Shown here piece after piece: positions 25,901 to 37,740 of a stretch of 64,000 nucleotides of DNA. The DNA is from Azolla caroliniana (Eukaryota > Plantae > Polypodiophyta). The stretch spans positions 5,952,001-6,016,000 of the forward strand of contig JBHGNT010000020.1 of the NCBI GenBank assembly GCA_043228905.1. The letters run 5' to 3'. The notes beneath the pieces are model-generated. The model was not told the origin of the DNA. It was given only the letters and a program-made list of their open reading frames with translations, and made no database searches. The translations under genes were made by a program, and so were the position numbers. The first letter of the stretch is position 1. Every line of letters begins with the position of its first letter.

Positions 25901-26200
25901 AACACAAGATAGATAGATTTTAACAACAATAGAATACTCAAGACGATGTATATTACAAAGGATATTAATCGAACTAATTACAAAGTAGGAGGAGAGTGCT
26001 TTATATAGTCATTCTCTCTCTTCATTAACTACCAAAGCTCATGGGTCATGGGGAATGTGAAAACTCATTAGTTATGTGTCATAGAATATGATTCTATGAC
26101 ACAGTTAATGTGTAGATAAGAGTGGTGACTTTTGACCTTTAAATGCACACTCTCAAGGGTGTGTTCACACACTAGACTAGGTTGAGCTTGACTCTCAACA
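20952..26200 (-). mobile_element. Full-length Ty1/copia element B (decayed ORF)
   Basis: LTRs 20952-21379 and 25789-26200. TSD CTCAT at 20947-20951 and 26201-26205. PBS TGGTATCAGAGC 25777-25788 and PPT at 21380. Domain order gag-PR-IN-RT-RH. Confidence 0.95.
21444..25633 (-). pseudogene. pol: Copia B gag-pol polyprotein, interrupted
   Basis: CGYCGKIGHHEEEC, WFVDSGASN, LWHKRIDH...CEACQFGK, TPQQNGVAE, RYKARLVAKGY, LYVDDLV, HARTKHIEV. Confidence 0.92.
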
Positions 26201-26790
26201 CTCATAATGAAAATCTTTATTATGTAAACCATTAATATACAATTTTATTAGTATTTCCTCATTAGAAGCCGATAAAAGTCCATGCTTTGTTATCAAGTCG
26301 CGGAAATACTGATTGAATTGGTCAATAGTCTTGCCCTTATCAGACAAGTGACACATATCAATCTTGTATCACTTTAGAAGTCTTCTTGGAATAGACAAAT
26401 TCCTTCCCGAGAGTCTTTTCAAATGCCTCCCACATTCCCGGTTTTCTATCCAACCACTCCCACGAAGAGTTTCGGCACCAATCATCTCACGAACAGTCAT
26501 ATCGATCTTTTCAGAGTCATTTTGAATATTCTCGAGGTGAAAGTGAGCATTCCATTGGTTTATCCAACTGCTTAGAAACTCATGGTTGTGTTGCTTTTCC
26601 CTTCCTGAGAACTGTTGAGGAGTAAATGAAGGCTTCTTTGTATTGCTTGATGTGAAGCGTGTGCCTTTAACTCCAAAATTTGTTATTGAAGGTTTTCAAA
26701 CTAATGCCTATTGACACCAAGAAGACCTTCAAGTTTGGTGGAGAATGCAGTTGTGACCATTGTCATTGACTTGACAATATCGTCTTACGT
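26201..26790 (-). pseudogene. Outer chromovirus gag, 5' part, highly degenerate
   Basis: Joined to 20307-20951 by the CTCAT TSD. The - strand reads like a retrotransposon gag (MWEAFEKTLGKEF). Confidence 0.5.
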
Positions 26791-27479
26791 TGTCGTGAAG
26801 AAAACCGTCCCCAGCCGCAAACCGTGTATAGTGTGTGTGAACCGGCCCTTACACGTGGGCACGCCCCTTGTTGTATAGTAGATAGGTAGGCACAAAGGTC
26901 AAATCCTAGGTAGCAATATTCTATAGGGGAAATCGAGGAGTATCTCTGTCCAAAAGGACAGAGAATTAATGTGATGTAAACGGGTGAAACGGCCTCCCTC
27001 CTTGAGCTATAAAAGAGAGGGAGACGGGGGAGAGAGGGTATCGTGCGCTAGAGGGGATGAAGTGCTGTCGGACTGGGACCGAGCTCTTCTTCTCTGTCGT
27101 TCTCCGTAGCTTTCTTTTGCGCAGGTTCTGAGGAGGCTGATCCTACTCCGTGGAATGCCCGTGTGCTTCCGGCAGAATCTCCATCTTGCTCTCCTGTGTG
27201 CGTGGGTGATCAGGCGCCGACATCCATCTCGCCAACCTGATCGGCTGTAACCGTTCGAGTTGTCTGCATACATACAAATACATACACATATTTATATACA
27301 TACGCTAGTGTTCCCAACTCGTGTCTCCTGTGTTGTTGGGCCGCATCCCCGTGCTCTTCTTTGTCTATACGTGTGTGAGCGTCTCTCTCTCTCTCTCCCT
27401 TTTCTCACCTATTCCTCGGTCCAAGACCCTTGTGGTCCCGCCTTGTTCTCCATGCACGCGCGTAATGACGCGACATCTT

Positions 27480-27497
27480 TGGTGAACCCGACGTGAA
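27480..27497 (+). promoter_or_regulatory. tRNA-Trp primer-binding site
   Basis: TGGTGAACCCGACGTGAA, identical to the site at 3497-3514. Confidence 0.85.
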
Positions 27498-27518
27498 CAG
27501 GTGGCAGAGGAGTAGAAG

Positions 27519-29645
27519 ATGAGGGGGTCGGACCTTCGAGAAGCTATGGCTTCGGCTGTGGACCGTATAGTGAGTGCGCGTGAAGGCACCGGCGCCCTTG
27601 ATAGGGCTATCGAGGCGGTTGTTGGTACGATCGGCCGGTTTAGTGGGAAGGATGCCACGAGCTACTTGGTGTCCTACCAGGCTGAGATGGTAATGAGGGA
27701 CATTCTGGAAGAGAGGCGTCTAGCCGGATTCCCTCGAGTGGCGATGCCGGATATCCATATGGAGGTGCTCGAGGTACGGGCCGAGAGCCGAACCTGGGAG
27801 GAGTTCGAAGGTCGGCTCCTTGAAAAATACGGGCTTGAAGATGCGCTTCAACTTTCGAAGCGGGACCTCATGGAGTGGGTGGAGACCCCCGACAAAGGAA
27901 GGAACGCGTCGGTGCTCCTCCGGGAGTTTGAGGAATGCTTCGCGCGCCTCTCGGTGCTTGACCGGACCGTTCTGGACACAAGCCGTGTCCTATTGTTTGT
28001 TAAGTCAGTTGATGAGCGGGATCGGGAGCAGGTAGGCCTCCTATTGGAGACTGATGATAGGCTAACGGCCGACTAGGCCGTGGTGAAAAGGGTCTGTGGC
28101 CGTTTCGACAAACGGCGGGAATGGGTTGACAAAGGATCGACATGGGCGGGCTCTGTCACAGCGAGGAAGCTCGAGCCAACACCACCAACGCGAAGGGAAG
28201 AGACCCGAGATTGGCTTGAGACCGGATCGGCTTCGACCGGCATGGTCAAGGGCTCGTCCGGGGGAGCAACTCTGGAGGAACTGACGCGGATGGTAAAGGA
28301 TCTCCAGATCGCCTAGGCACGGAGGGACGATAGTGAACAGGGCCGTGACAGACGTCCTCTGGCTAGAAACAGGTGCATGTGGTGTGACGCGGTTGGCCAC
28401 ATCCGGAAGGACTGCGGGGACTTCGCCGAGGCGATGAGAAGCAATGTGGTGTACCTGTGAAACGGTCGGGTGCACGCCAGCAAAACCTGAAGGCCCCTGG
28501 ACCTGAACGTCGGGCGAGGGGGTATGAAAAAGCTGATGGAGGAGGCGGCGGCTCGTCACGCGGAGACCGTCCACTACTCGGCGTCCGCTGGTATTCGGGT
28601 CGGAGGTGGCGAGGCTCCGAAGACGAGCAAAGCCGGGTTCTGGCCAACGATGCTAGAAGGCCTCACCGGCGCACGACTAAGGAAAGAAGAGGCGGACCGC
28701 GCGGAAAAATGGTTCCGGGAGGTGACCCGGTGGAGTGACCCGGTGGAAGAAAAGACGGGCTTCGTCGAAGCCGATTGTCAAAACTACGAGGCTCTGGTGG
28801 AGGACAAGCGGGTAGGGAAAACCGGAGGGGCCGGGCCCTCACAACGATATGAAACTCGATTCGGGCAAAGACGAAATGAGGCCGGTGTAACCGACGCCCA
28901 GGATAATCCCAAGAGGGGCGGGTACCGGCTGGGCACAGAAATCGAAAGATCCACGGACCTGCGAAAGGTCCTGGAAGAACGAATCCTCGACAGCAAGGTG
29001 AAACTGTCACTGAGGGAAGTGCTCGGGATCGCCAAGAAGGAGTTCCACGACTCCATCGTAGACTTGGTGAAGAGGAAGAGGCTGTCGACGGAGACAGAAC
29101 CGGAGAAGCCGGTGGAGGTGCAGACGACGCACATAGAGGACATGGCGCTGGATGACGAGTTGGCTGAGAGCCACTATTCGAGGCCGCACTGGGCTAGAGC
29201 GACCACAGAGACCCCCGTGAAGATCGGAGATGTTCATGAATCGGTGGTGGCGTTGGTGGACCACGGTTCAGAAATCAATTTGATGTCCATGGACTTCTAT
29301 AAGAAGGGGAAATGGCCGATGAACACCAAGCACGGGTGGAAAATACGGCCAGCCACGCGTGCCACCGAAAAACTGCATGGAGCCTGCCCGAATGTACGAG
29401 TAAAGATCGGCGATGTTGATATTGACCAGCACTTCTTCGTGCAGGAGACGTACTCACATCCGGTTATACTAGGAGAACTGTACATCACGACAGCACGGAT
29501 GGAGACCAAGGTGCTGGACAACGGCTTGGCCTATGCAAGGGTCAAGAGCTAGGATGGTCGTCACTCGGTCCAGTTCCTGACGGTAAGACTGAACCATGAG
29601 CGTAACCGGGAGACCCTCGGGGGTGAAAGCCGGGATAATTTTTAG
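27519..29645 (+). pseudogene. gag: Gag-protease ORF of the Ylt1-like element (in-frame stops)
   Basis: One frame with scattered stops. CMWCDAVGHIRKDC knuckle at ~28375 and ALVDHGSEINLMS protease. Ends ...SRDNF* at 29645. Confidence 0.85.
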
Positions 29646-32600
29646 AGAGGGCTATCAAGGCGTGGGGCTGCGATAGTCCGGACACTCCGGGAAAACCCCA
29701 CAAGTGTACGATAGCGAAGAAGACCTGTACTATAACTAGGAAATTTTGGTTCTCCGACAATGGAGGGTGTACGATAGTCGACGTTGTTGGCCGGAAGAAG
29801 AAAAGGGCGGAGGAGCGACTTCGGGCATGTGGTATCCTCGGCCTTGGAGAGGAAATCAACGGAGCCGTGGAGGCGGTCTCTTTCAACGATACCTTGGGGG
29901 AGTTGCGAGAGGTAGTCGGAGGAGTCCTTAAAGAGGACCGGACGATTCCGATATGTTCGGAAAGGATGTACGAAGTCATCGCGGACTTCAGTAGAGGGCT
30001 CGAGTCGGATCGGGCGTCCTGGGTGGACACGAGGTACAAGACTGTGGACTGGAAGGTGAGGCTAGTTGCGGCTCCCTTGCCGGAGGGCAGCGAGTTGCGA
30101 ATAAAGGGGGTTGCGTCAGACCCGAGTTTACGAAATCCAGCTAGCATAGGACACATGTTCACCGACATAACGCTGCGCGAGCTCAAAATCGGTGGGGGCG
30201 GCTTCCTATTGCTGGTGGAAGAGGACCGTTTTTGGGAAATGCTCGGGAGGCACGGGAAGGCTTTCGCATTCTCACCGAAGGAGATCGGGTGCGTAGATCC
30301 GACAGTCGTGGAACTGATGGTGATATTCACGGTGCCGCATGTGCCGTGGAGTCTCAAACCGATTCCAGTACCCAGAGCCCACATCCCGAAGCTGATGGAG
30401 CTGTTAAAGTAGAAGGTCGAGATGGGAATCCTCGAACCGTCGAGTGCCCCATACTCGAATCGGTGGTTTACCGTGCCGAAGAAGGACGGCACGCTGCGCT
30501 TTATTCAAGACCTGCAGCCGGTCAACAAGGTGAACATTCGAAACGCAGGAATCGGACCGACAATAGACGAGTTCGCGGAGGCCTTCGCTGGAAGGTCGAT
30601 TTACTCGGTCGGTGATCTCTACTCGGGGTACGATCAGTTCCAGCTAGCCATAGAGAGCAAAGACATCACGACAATGCGAACTCCTCTCGGCCTAGTACGG
30701 ATGTGTACCCTACCACAAGGAGGGACGAACTCGGTGGCTCACATGGTGAACGCAATGAACAAGGTGTTGAGGGATTGTATCCCGGACATCACTATGCCGT
30801 TTCTGGACGACGTCCCGATCAAGGGATGCCCGGTGGAGGAAAGGGACGAGACGATCGGACCGGACGGGTGCTGGAAACTCGTGGCGACGCACATCGATGA
30901 CTGCGAGAAGGTGCTACAGAGGTTGGAGGGCGCAAGGCTCACCTTCTCCGGGGGAAAATCGGCCTTCGGGCAATCAGAGATCATGGTTGTCGAACACCTA
31001 TGCAGGTTGTACGGCCGGAAACCGTCTCCGGCTAAGGTAGAAGCCATCTCCACGATGAAGGACGATTGTAGTTCGGTCACGGAGGTTCGGAGGTTCTTGG
31101 GAGCGTGCGCATTCTACCACATATGGATCCCGCATCACGCTCACATCGCGGAGTCGTTATACGGGTTGCTGAAAAAGGGGCAAAAGTTCGAGTGGAGAGA
31201 CGAGCATACGGAGTCTGTCCGAAAGATGAAGGAAGCACTTGCCGCAGCTCCGGCGCTCCGAAAGGCTGTCTACGGAAAGGACACTCCAATTTACGTAACG
31301 ATAGACACGAGTCCGACCGGGATCGGATGGGTCGTCAACCAAGAGGACGAGGACGGCATGCGTTTCCCGATCCGGTTCGGCGCGAAGGTCCTCAGCAAGC
31401 GACAGCGAGAATACGCCCAGGTTAAACGTGAGCTCTGGGGTATCGTTTCGGCGAAAAAGGCCGATAAAGACTACCTGATCGGGGCAGAGGTAATTATCGA
31501 GACAGACTGCCTGCCAATTCTTGGCATGGTTTCCGGATGCGCGACGCTGGACCTGGCCATGCTCAAGTGGATGGCGTACATCAAGTCCCTGAATCCGGAA
31601 ATACGACACATTTCCGGGAAAGACAATGCCATGGCCGACATGCTTTCAAGGGCGAGGTTCGAAAACGAGGGTGGCATGGTTTCAGAGTACGAGGAAGTCA
31701 GCGTGGACTTCTTCAAGGCGGCTCACGTAACAACCGGTAGGGAATGCACACCAACACTTAATGATTTCGACGAGAGTAAGTACGACGGGGAGTGGCTGCA
31801 GATCGGCGGGTTCTTGAAAACAATGACACCAGACGCGGCATGGACAACGGACGAGGCCAACCGGATTCGGAAGAAAGCCTACCGATTCTTTCTCCGGGAC
31901 GGGTACATATGGAAGCATCCGAAGAAGAGGAACGACATTCCGCTCCGAGTGGTGGCGAAGAAAGAGGAACAGGACTATTTGCTGGCGGCGTACCACGATA
32001 GTCCTTGGGCTGGACACCGTGGAACGTGGGCCACGTTCGAAAAGCTAAAAGGGAAGTACTGGTTGTCGGGACTATACCGGGACGTGCATCTGTTCGTGAC
32101 AACTTGCGAAAGCTGCTAGGTGCACTCCATGATCCGACACTGGGACGAGCTTCACCCGACCTACCCTCCGACCGTCCACTTCAAATGGATGGTGGATTTG
32201 GTGACGATGCCAATGGGGGTAGGACAGATGCGGTATCTGGTGCTGGCTCGGGAGGATCTAACAAACCAAGTTGAAGGCCGAGCCCTGCAGAACAAGACGA
32301 CTCCAGCCGTATGACGGTTTTTGATTGAGGACGTGGTATGCCGATACGGGTGCGTAGGGAAGATCGTGGCTGACCGTGGTGAGTTGGACGCAGAAGAGGC
32401 CGAAGAGCTGTTCGACCGGCTAGGAGTCAAACTTTCGCTCACCACAACGTACAATCCGGAGGCGAACGGGAAGGCCAATTGTCAAAGCGCTAGTACGGGC
32501 GTGTGGAGGCCGAGTCGGGAACTGGCCACGGCTGCTACCTTATGCCTTGTGGGCGGACCGGACTACGCACAGTTCGGTAACCGGGTTCATGCCAGTCGAG

Positions 32601-33113
32601 CTTATGTTCGGACAGAAATCGATCATGCCAACAGAGCGAACGATCTCCTCGTGGGCCACGGTGGACTGGAGGGATGAGATGAGCCGGGAGGAACTATTGG
32701 CGGCGAGGATTCGACAGCTTGAGCGGAGGCCGGAGGACGTAGAGCGAGCCGCGGAGAGACTTCGGGTAGCGAGGATAAGGAACAAAGCGCGATTCGGCCG
32801 AACACACCAGCGCAGGCCAAGGAAGATCGAGGAAGGCGACTGGGTGCTAGTCTACGACAGCAGCCTCGACAATCAGGACAGGGCCATGCAGAAGTTTGCG
32901 AGGAGGTGGTTCGGGCCTTACGTAGTAACAGGCGCCAACGACAATGGGATGTACCATCTCGCAGAGCTCGACGGTATGAGAATGGCGATACCAGTAGCGG
33001 GGAAGAGGATCAAAGCGTTCAAGAAACGACACGATGGTGAGCCGGAGCTAGGGGGCATGGACAGCAACGACGAGCAGCCCGAGGCGGAGGATAAACCGGT
33101 AAACGAGGAATAA
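29639..33113 (+). pseudogene. pol: RT-RNase H-integrase ORF of the Ylt1-like element, -1 frame relative to gag-PR
   Basis: Frame is open from 29639 into ORFs 29867-30412, 30422-32119 and 32120-32314. FLDD RT, IDTSPTG RNase H, H..GH..C..C zinc finger, ADRGE...YNPEANG core, WFGPY motif. Confidence 0.9.
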
Positions 33114-33878
33114 AAGCAAGGATCGGTTTTCTCCCGCAAGAACCCAATTTTGGCGCATACCGGTGGATGCGCGGTTAGGTGGGGGCGGATGTCGTGAAGA
33201 AAACCGTCCCCAGGCGCAAACCGTGTATAGTGTGTGTGAACCGGCCCTTACACGTGGGCACGCCCCTTGTTGTATAGTAGATAGGCAGGCACAAAGGTCA
33301 AATCCTAGGTAGCAATATTCTATAGGGGAAATCGAGGAGTATCTCTGTTCGAAAGGACAAAGAATTAATGTGATGTAAACGGGTGAAACGGCCTCCCTCC
33401 TTGAGCTATAAAAGAGAGGGAGACGGGGGAGAGAGGGTATCGTGCGCTAGAGGGGATGAAGTGCTGTCAGACTGGGACCGAGCTCTTCTTCTCTGTCATT
33501 CTCCATAGCTTTCTTTTGCGCAGGTTCTCAGGAGGCTGATCCTGCTCCGTGGAATGCTCGTGTGCTTCCGGTAGAATCTCCATCTTGCTCTCCTGTGTGC
33601 ATGGGTGATCAGGCGCCGACATCCATCTTGCCGACCTGATCGGCTGTAACCGTTCAAGTCGTCTGCATACATACAAATACATACACATATTTATATACAT
33701 ACGCTAGTGTTCCCAACTCGTGTCTCCTGTGTTGTTGGGTCGTGTCCCCATGCTCTTCTTTGTCTATATGTGTGTGAGCGTCTCTCTCTCTCTCTCCCTT
33801 TTCTCACCTATTCCTCGGTCCAAGACCCCTGTGGTCCCGCCTTGTTCTCCACGCACGCGCGTAACGACGCGACAACGT

Positions 33879-34442
33879 TTTGGGGAAATCATCGCTCGTG
33901 ACGAATTCGATATCATTGTTAATATCCTCGTCACAGACTGGAGATATTGGTCGGTCGTCCTCAACTCGCGTAGGAGAAATTGGATGACCTTGATGGACGG
34001 GACATGTGGGATGTGCCAAAAAACCTCGATGGTTGGGAGATGTGTGATGTGCGGAATTGCGAGAGGAAACCATATGAACTTAAATAAAGAGAGCTAAGAG
34101 AGTACATGAAGAAATGTACTAAAGTGTGTTAGATGAATTTGGACGAGGGAGTGAAGTGTGATATATTATCATGAGAGAGAATACTTATATACCCTTTTTT
34201 CATTTAAGTCACTGAGGATAAAATATCCCCCTATGATATAATCCAATTTAGGAATTTATCCCCTTTTTATCTATTTGAATTCCTAGATTAGACATTAGGA
34301 AATAAAAACCTCCCTTTTTAGGAAGTCGGTAATGAGTAGTCGGTCACCATCTCTCTAAGAATAATCCCTTAAATTCTACCAAACTAGGAAATTCTCCCTT
34401 TTAGTTAATGAGAATTCCTAGTTTAGAATTTAGGACTCAACA
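33879..34442 (-). repeat. Probable 5' leader and LTR of the outer chromovirus
   Basis: Joined to 26790 by the ACGT TSD. A degenerate PBS-like tcgatatca lies next to TGTT at 33917, with a candidate CAACA end at 34442. The far boundary is uncertain. Confidence 0.3.
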
Positions 34443-35149
34443 TCCCCTTTTTGGAAGTCGATGGGGATAGTTTGTGATTTTCTTGAGAATCATTGCTAAC
34501 AAACAAGGGCGATGATCAAAACATCCCTTCATCATCCCCATATTCTTCCCAACCATCTCACACTCATGCTCCCCTCTCACAAAACTAAAATTTTCCCTTA
34601 TATCTCTCCTTTGCATCGATTAATAATTGATGATGATCTTATCCATATAATCCTATAATCATCCCTATAATTATCTATATAATCATCCTTATAATTATCT
34701 ATATAATCACCCATATAATTATCCGCATAATTGAAACGCACCCGTAGTGATGGATGATTGTGGCCCTTTGATATAATCATAGGGTCGATGATCAATTGAT
34801 TATTGACATTCAACGATCATCACCCTAATTCTATTGGCCAACTTTATTAACATTGATTGTCAATGATCATTCTGTAATTGTATCATGATCATCAATTAAT
34901 CCATGTCAATTTGAAAATTAGATGATCAAGCATCACCTATAGTATATTAGGTGGCCGACCTCTAGTGATGCGATCTCCACACGTAAGGCCACCTCTGGGG
35001 CGTGGCCATCTTGATCGAGAGGGGTATACGAAAATAAAATAAAAGAATATTTATGGTGCTTTTATTTTAATAAATATATATTAAATATCTAAATGTAAAC
35101 CAAATATATAATAATAATAACAATAATTTTATAATTTTTTTTATAACCC

Positions 35150-35980
35150 GTTGATTTTTTTGTGCATCAATGTTGCTTCCAGCTCTTCTTCTGCGCGTGT
35201 AGCTTCTCGTGTCGGCTATTCGTGCGGTATTTCTTGCATAGGGTCTTCAACCGTATCATCCGTCATGGCCTTGAGGGAATCTGGTTGTGCATCCAAGGGT
35301 GGGTTTGGCAACATGGTGACCTCCAGGTTTTCTTCTTCTGGGTGTTGGGGTCTATCAATTGTGTGCTCCTTGGAGTAGTTGTCGGGGGGGGGGGGGGGGG
35401 GGTATGATGGCAGACGCCCTTTTTCCTTCTTCTGCCTTCCTTTGCTTGTTTTCGAATGCCTAGAGTTGGAGGGAGATGTCTGTCTTGTTTTTATGAACCA
35501 TATCCTTCTGTTCGTTCCGCATTGTGGCGAGCTCCCTGTGAACTTTGACTAAGGCGGCAGCTCGATTCCCATACTACCCTCATCCGCGTTTCGCATTCGG
35601 CCAATCTTGCTTAGAGTGTGTTCTTCCTCTTGTTCTACCATTCCAATCAGAGCTCACTCGATCATTTTCCTTTCTGCGTGCTCCTCTGCCATGTGTTACG
35701 AGACTTTGATTTGCTGTGTCGCCAAGAATTCCATGATTTCGAAGGAGGTGCTGAATTGGAGTAGAGCTGCGAATTCGTGGGCCACAATTGGCATCTCTGG
35801 GTAAGCCAGGACACCATTATCAGGTGTGAGGATCCCTTTGCCTCGTTCTGTATTTCCTATCAAGATCGATTGGATCGCGGAATTTCTTGAAGCACCTGCG
35901 TGGGCTCCGTTTCGACAATTACTGCGGGGGTAGGTTGTGGAGCCGCATCTTTTACCAAACCTCAACCATCCTTTCAATCT
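35150..35980 (-). pseudogene. Remnant of a gypsy-associated extra ORF
   Basis: YPEMPIVAHEFAALLQFSTSFEIMEFLATQQIKVS resembles YPDVPDMTHEFGSLLELGTIYELMEFLTTQ*IKVS at ~54860-54960. Confidence 0.6.
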
Positions 35981-36940
35981 AGTCGACGATGTTTGGGTTT
36001 AGGGCAACTTTCTTGCTCGTCGGTTTCATGGAATTGTTTGAGTATCGGCCATTCCATTACTCCAACCGGAAGCTATCGATCGCCGAGCATAACTACTCCA
36101 GGACCACGGGTGGAGCCCTCTGTATGATATATAGCATGAACAAATTTCGACACTACCTACTAGGTTGGAAATTCGTCTTTCAAGTGGATCACGTGACACT
36201 CCGCTATTTGGTTTCGAAGCAATCACATACAGGAAAGCTAGCACGATGTTACAGGAGTTCGTATTTGAAATCTAGCATTGGCCAGGCGCTTAGCATGCGG
36301 TGGCGATTATCTAAGCCATATCGAGAATGGCGAGAATGTTGTCGAAGGGGATGATGACTTTTGGACAACGGAATCCTACGCATTTCGGCAAGTGATGCTG
36401 AGACACACAAGTTGTCACCAAACGACAAATGTCTTGAGGATATGAGCCATTTCCTGAGCACAGGCCTACCACCTTTGTGGATGCGAACGGACGAGAAGAA
36501 GCAATTGACGGTCAGGAGTCGCAACTTTTGCCTATTAGAAGGAGTTACCTTGTATCACAAGGGAAGTGACAGCATTTGGAGAAGGTGTGTTCAAAATGAT
36601 GAGAAGGAAGCAGTGTTACGAGAAGCCCATTGCGGCAAAGACGGGGACTATTACACGGGTGACACTATTGCGCAGAAGATATGGCCAGGTGGGTTTTAGT
36701 GGCCAACCACACAGAAGGACTCCCAAGCGTACTACCGAGAAGGTGACCTATGTCAACGAATGGGACAACCTGTGGACCAAGCGTGAATGTCGCCTCAGCC
36801 CATGCTTCCATTAGAGTCATTCCAAAAATGGGGCCTCAATTTCATTGGCCCATTTGCCCCAACTACAACACACACGGGCAACAAGTACATTTTGGTCGCA
36901 ATGGATTACTGCACCAAATGGGTTGAAGCGAAATCCTTAC
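35981..36940 (+). pseudogene. Non-chromovirus gypsy RNase H-integrase fragment
   Basis: [36 protein letters not shown]...[16 protein letters not shown]. Confidence 0.8.
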
Positions 36941-37249
36941 CATCCCTTTGGCCGTCCAATGCAGTCAACACCCTCCGGATTACTGGATAGAATCTGGATT
37001 GGTTAAGCTGGAGCGATCAACCGGATGATGAGTCGGTGAGTAGTGGAGATTCAACTATGGTCTCCCCGTGCAAGGAACCGAGGAGATGGTTCACACGCAA
37101 ATAGAAGGGGAAGAAGAAGATGCCGGAATATGACACTAGTAGAGACGAGTTGGATCAGAGGGAATCTGACTCCGGAAAGCAAGAAGATGGACCTCCGGAG
37201 AAGAGGTCGAAGTCAGCCAAGAGGGCCATTAAATCGGCAAAGCAGATCA

Positions 37250-37740
37250 TGGAACGCAAAAATCATGGAGAGACTACGTCGGATGGGGTTTGCATCGTCC
37301 AAATCAGATGCTTCACTCTTCATTCAGTAGGGTCAGAATGGGCCGATAAGCATCTTGCTCTATGTGGATGATCTAGTCATCGCTGGTGTCGACCCGGAAG
37401 AAATCAATTGCACCAAGTCCAAACTCGCGGCATCGTTCGAAAAGAAGAATCTCGGGGACCTTCATCACTTGGGATTGAAGTGATCCGCACCCTCGAAAGC
37501 ATACTAATCAGTCAACGCCATTATATGTTGAGTATACTCTTCAATTCGGTATGACGGAATGCAAATCCATCTCAATTCGTCTAGACAAGAATGTGAAGCT
37601 TCACCTCGACTTCGGAACGACATGCAATCCGAAACAGTTCTGACAGATCGTCGGAAGACTTATCTACTTGACCATCACTTGGCTGGAGCTCAGCTATCCA
37701 GTCCGCTTGAGCAGTCAATTTATGGCGCATCTGACCGTTG
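37250..37740 (+). pseudogene. Copia RT fragment
   Basis: RMGFASSKSDASLFI, LLYVDDLVI and YLTIT remnants. Confidence 0.65.

Larger units (their letters stand above)
26791..33874 (+). mobile_element. Full-length Ylt1-like (fungal-type, non-chromoviral) Ty3/gypsy element
   Basis: 685-bp LTRs 26791-27475 and 33190-33874, about 27 differences by manual count, mostly transitions. 4-bp TSD ACGT, Trp PBS 27480-27497, PPT 33175-33189. RT motifs YSNRWFTVPKKDGTLRFIQDLQPVN, LPQG and FLDDVPIKG. Confidence 0.93.

Noticed and set aside
29542-30492. 316-aa antisense ORF
   Set aside because: It is the shadow of the pol frame with no independent coding signal.
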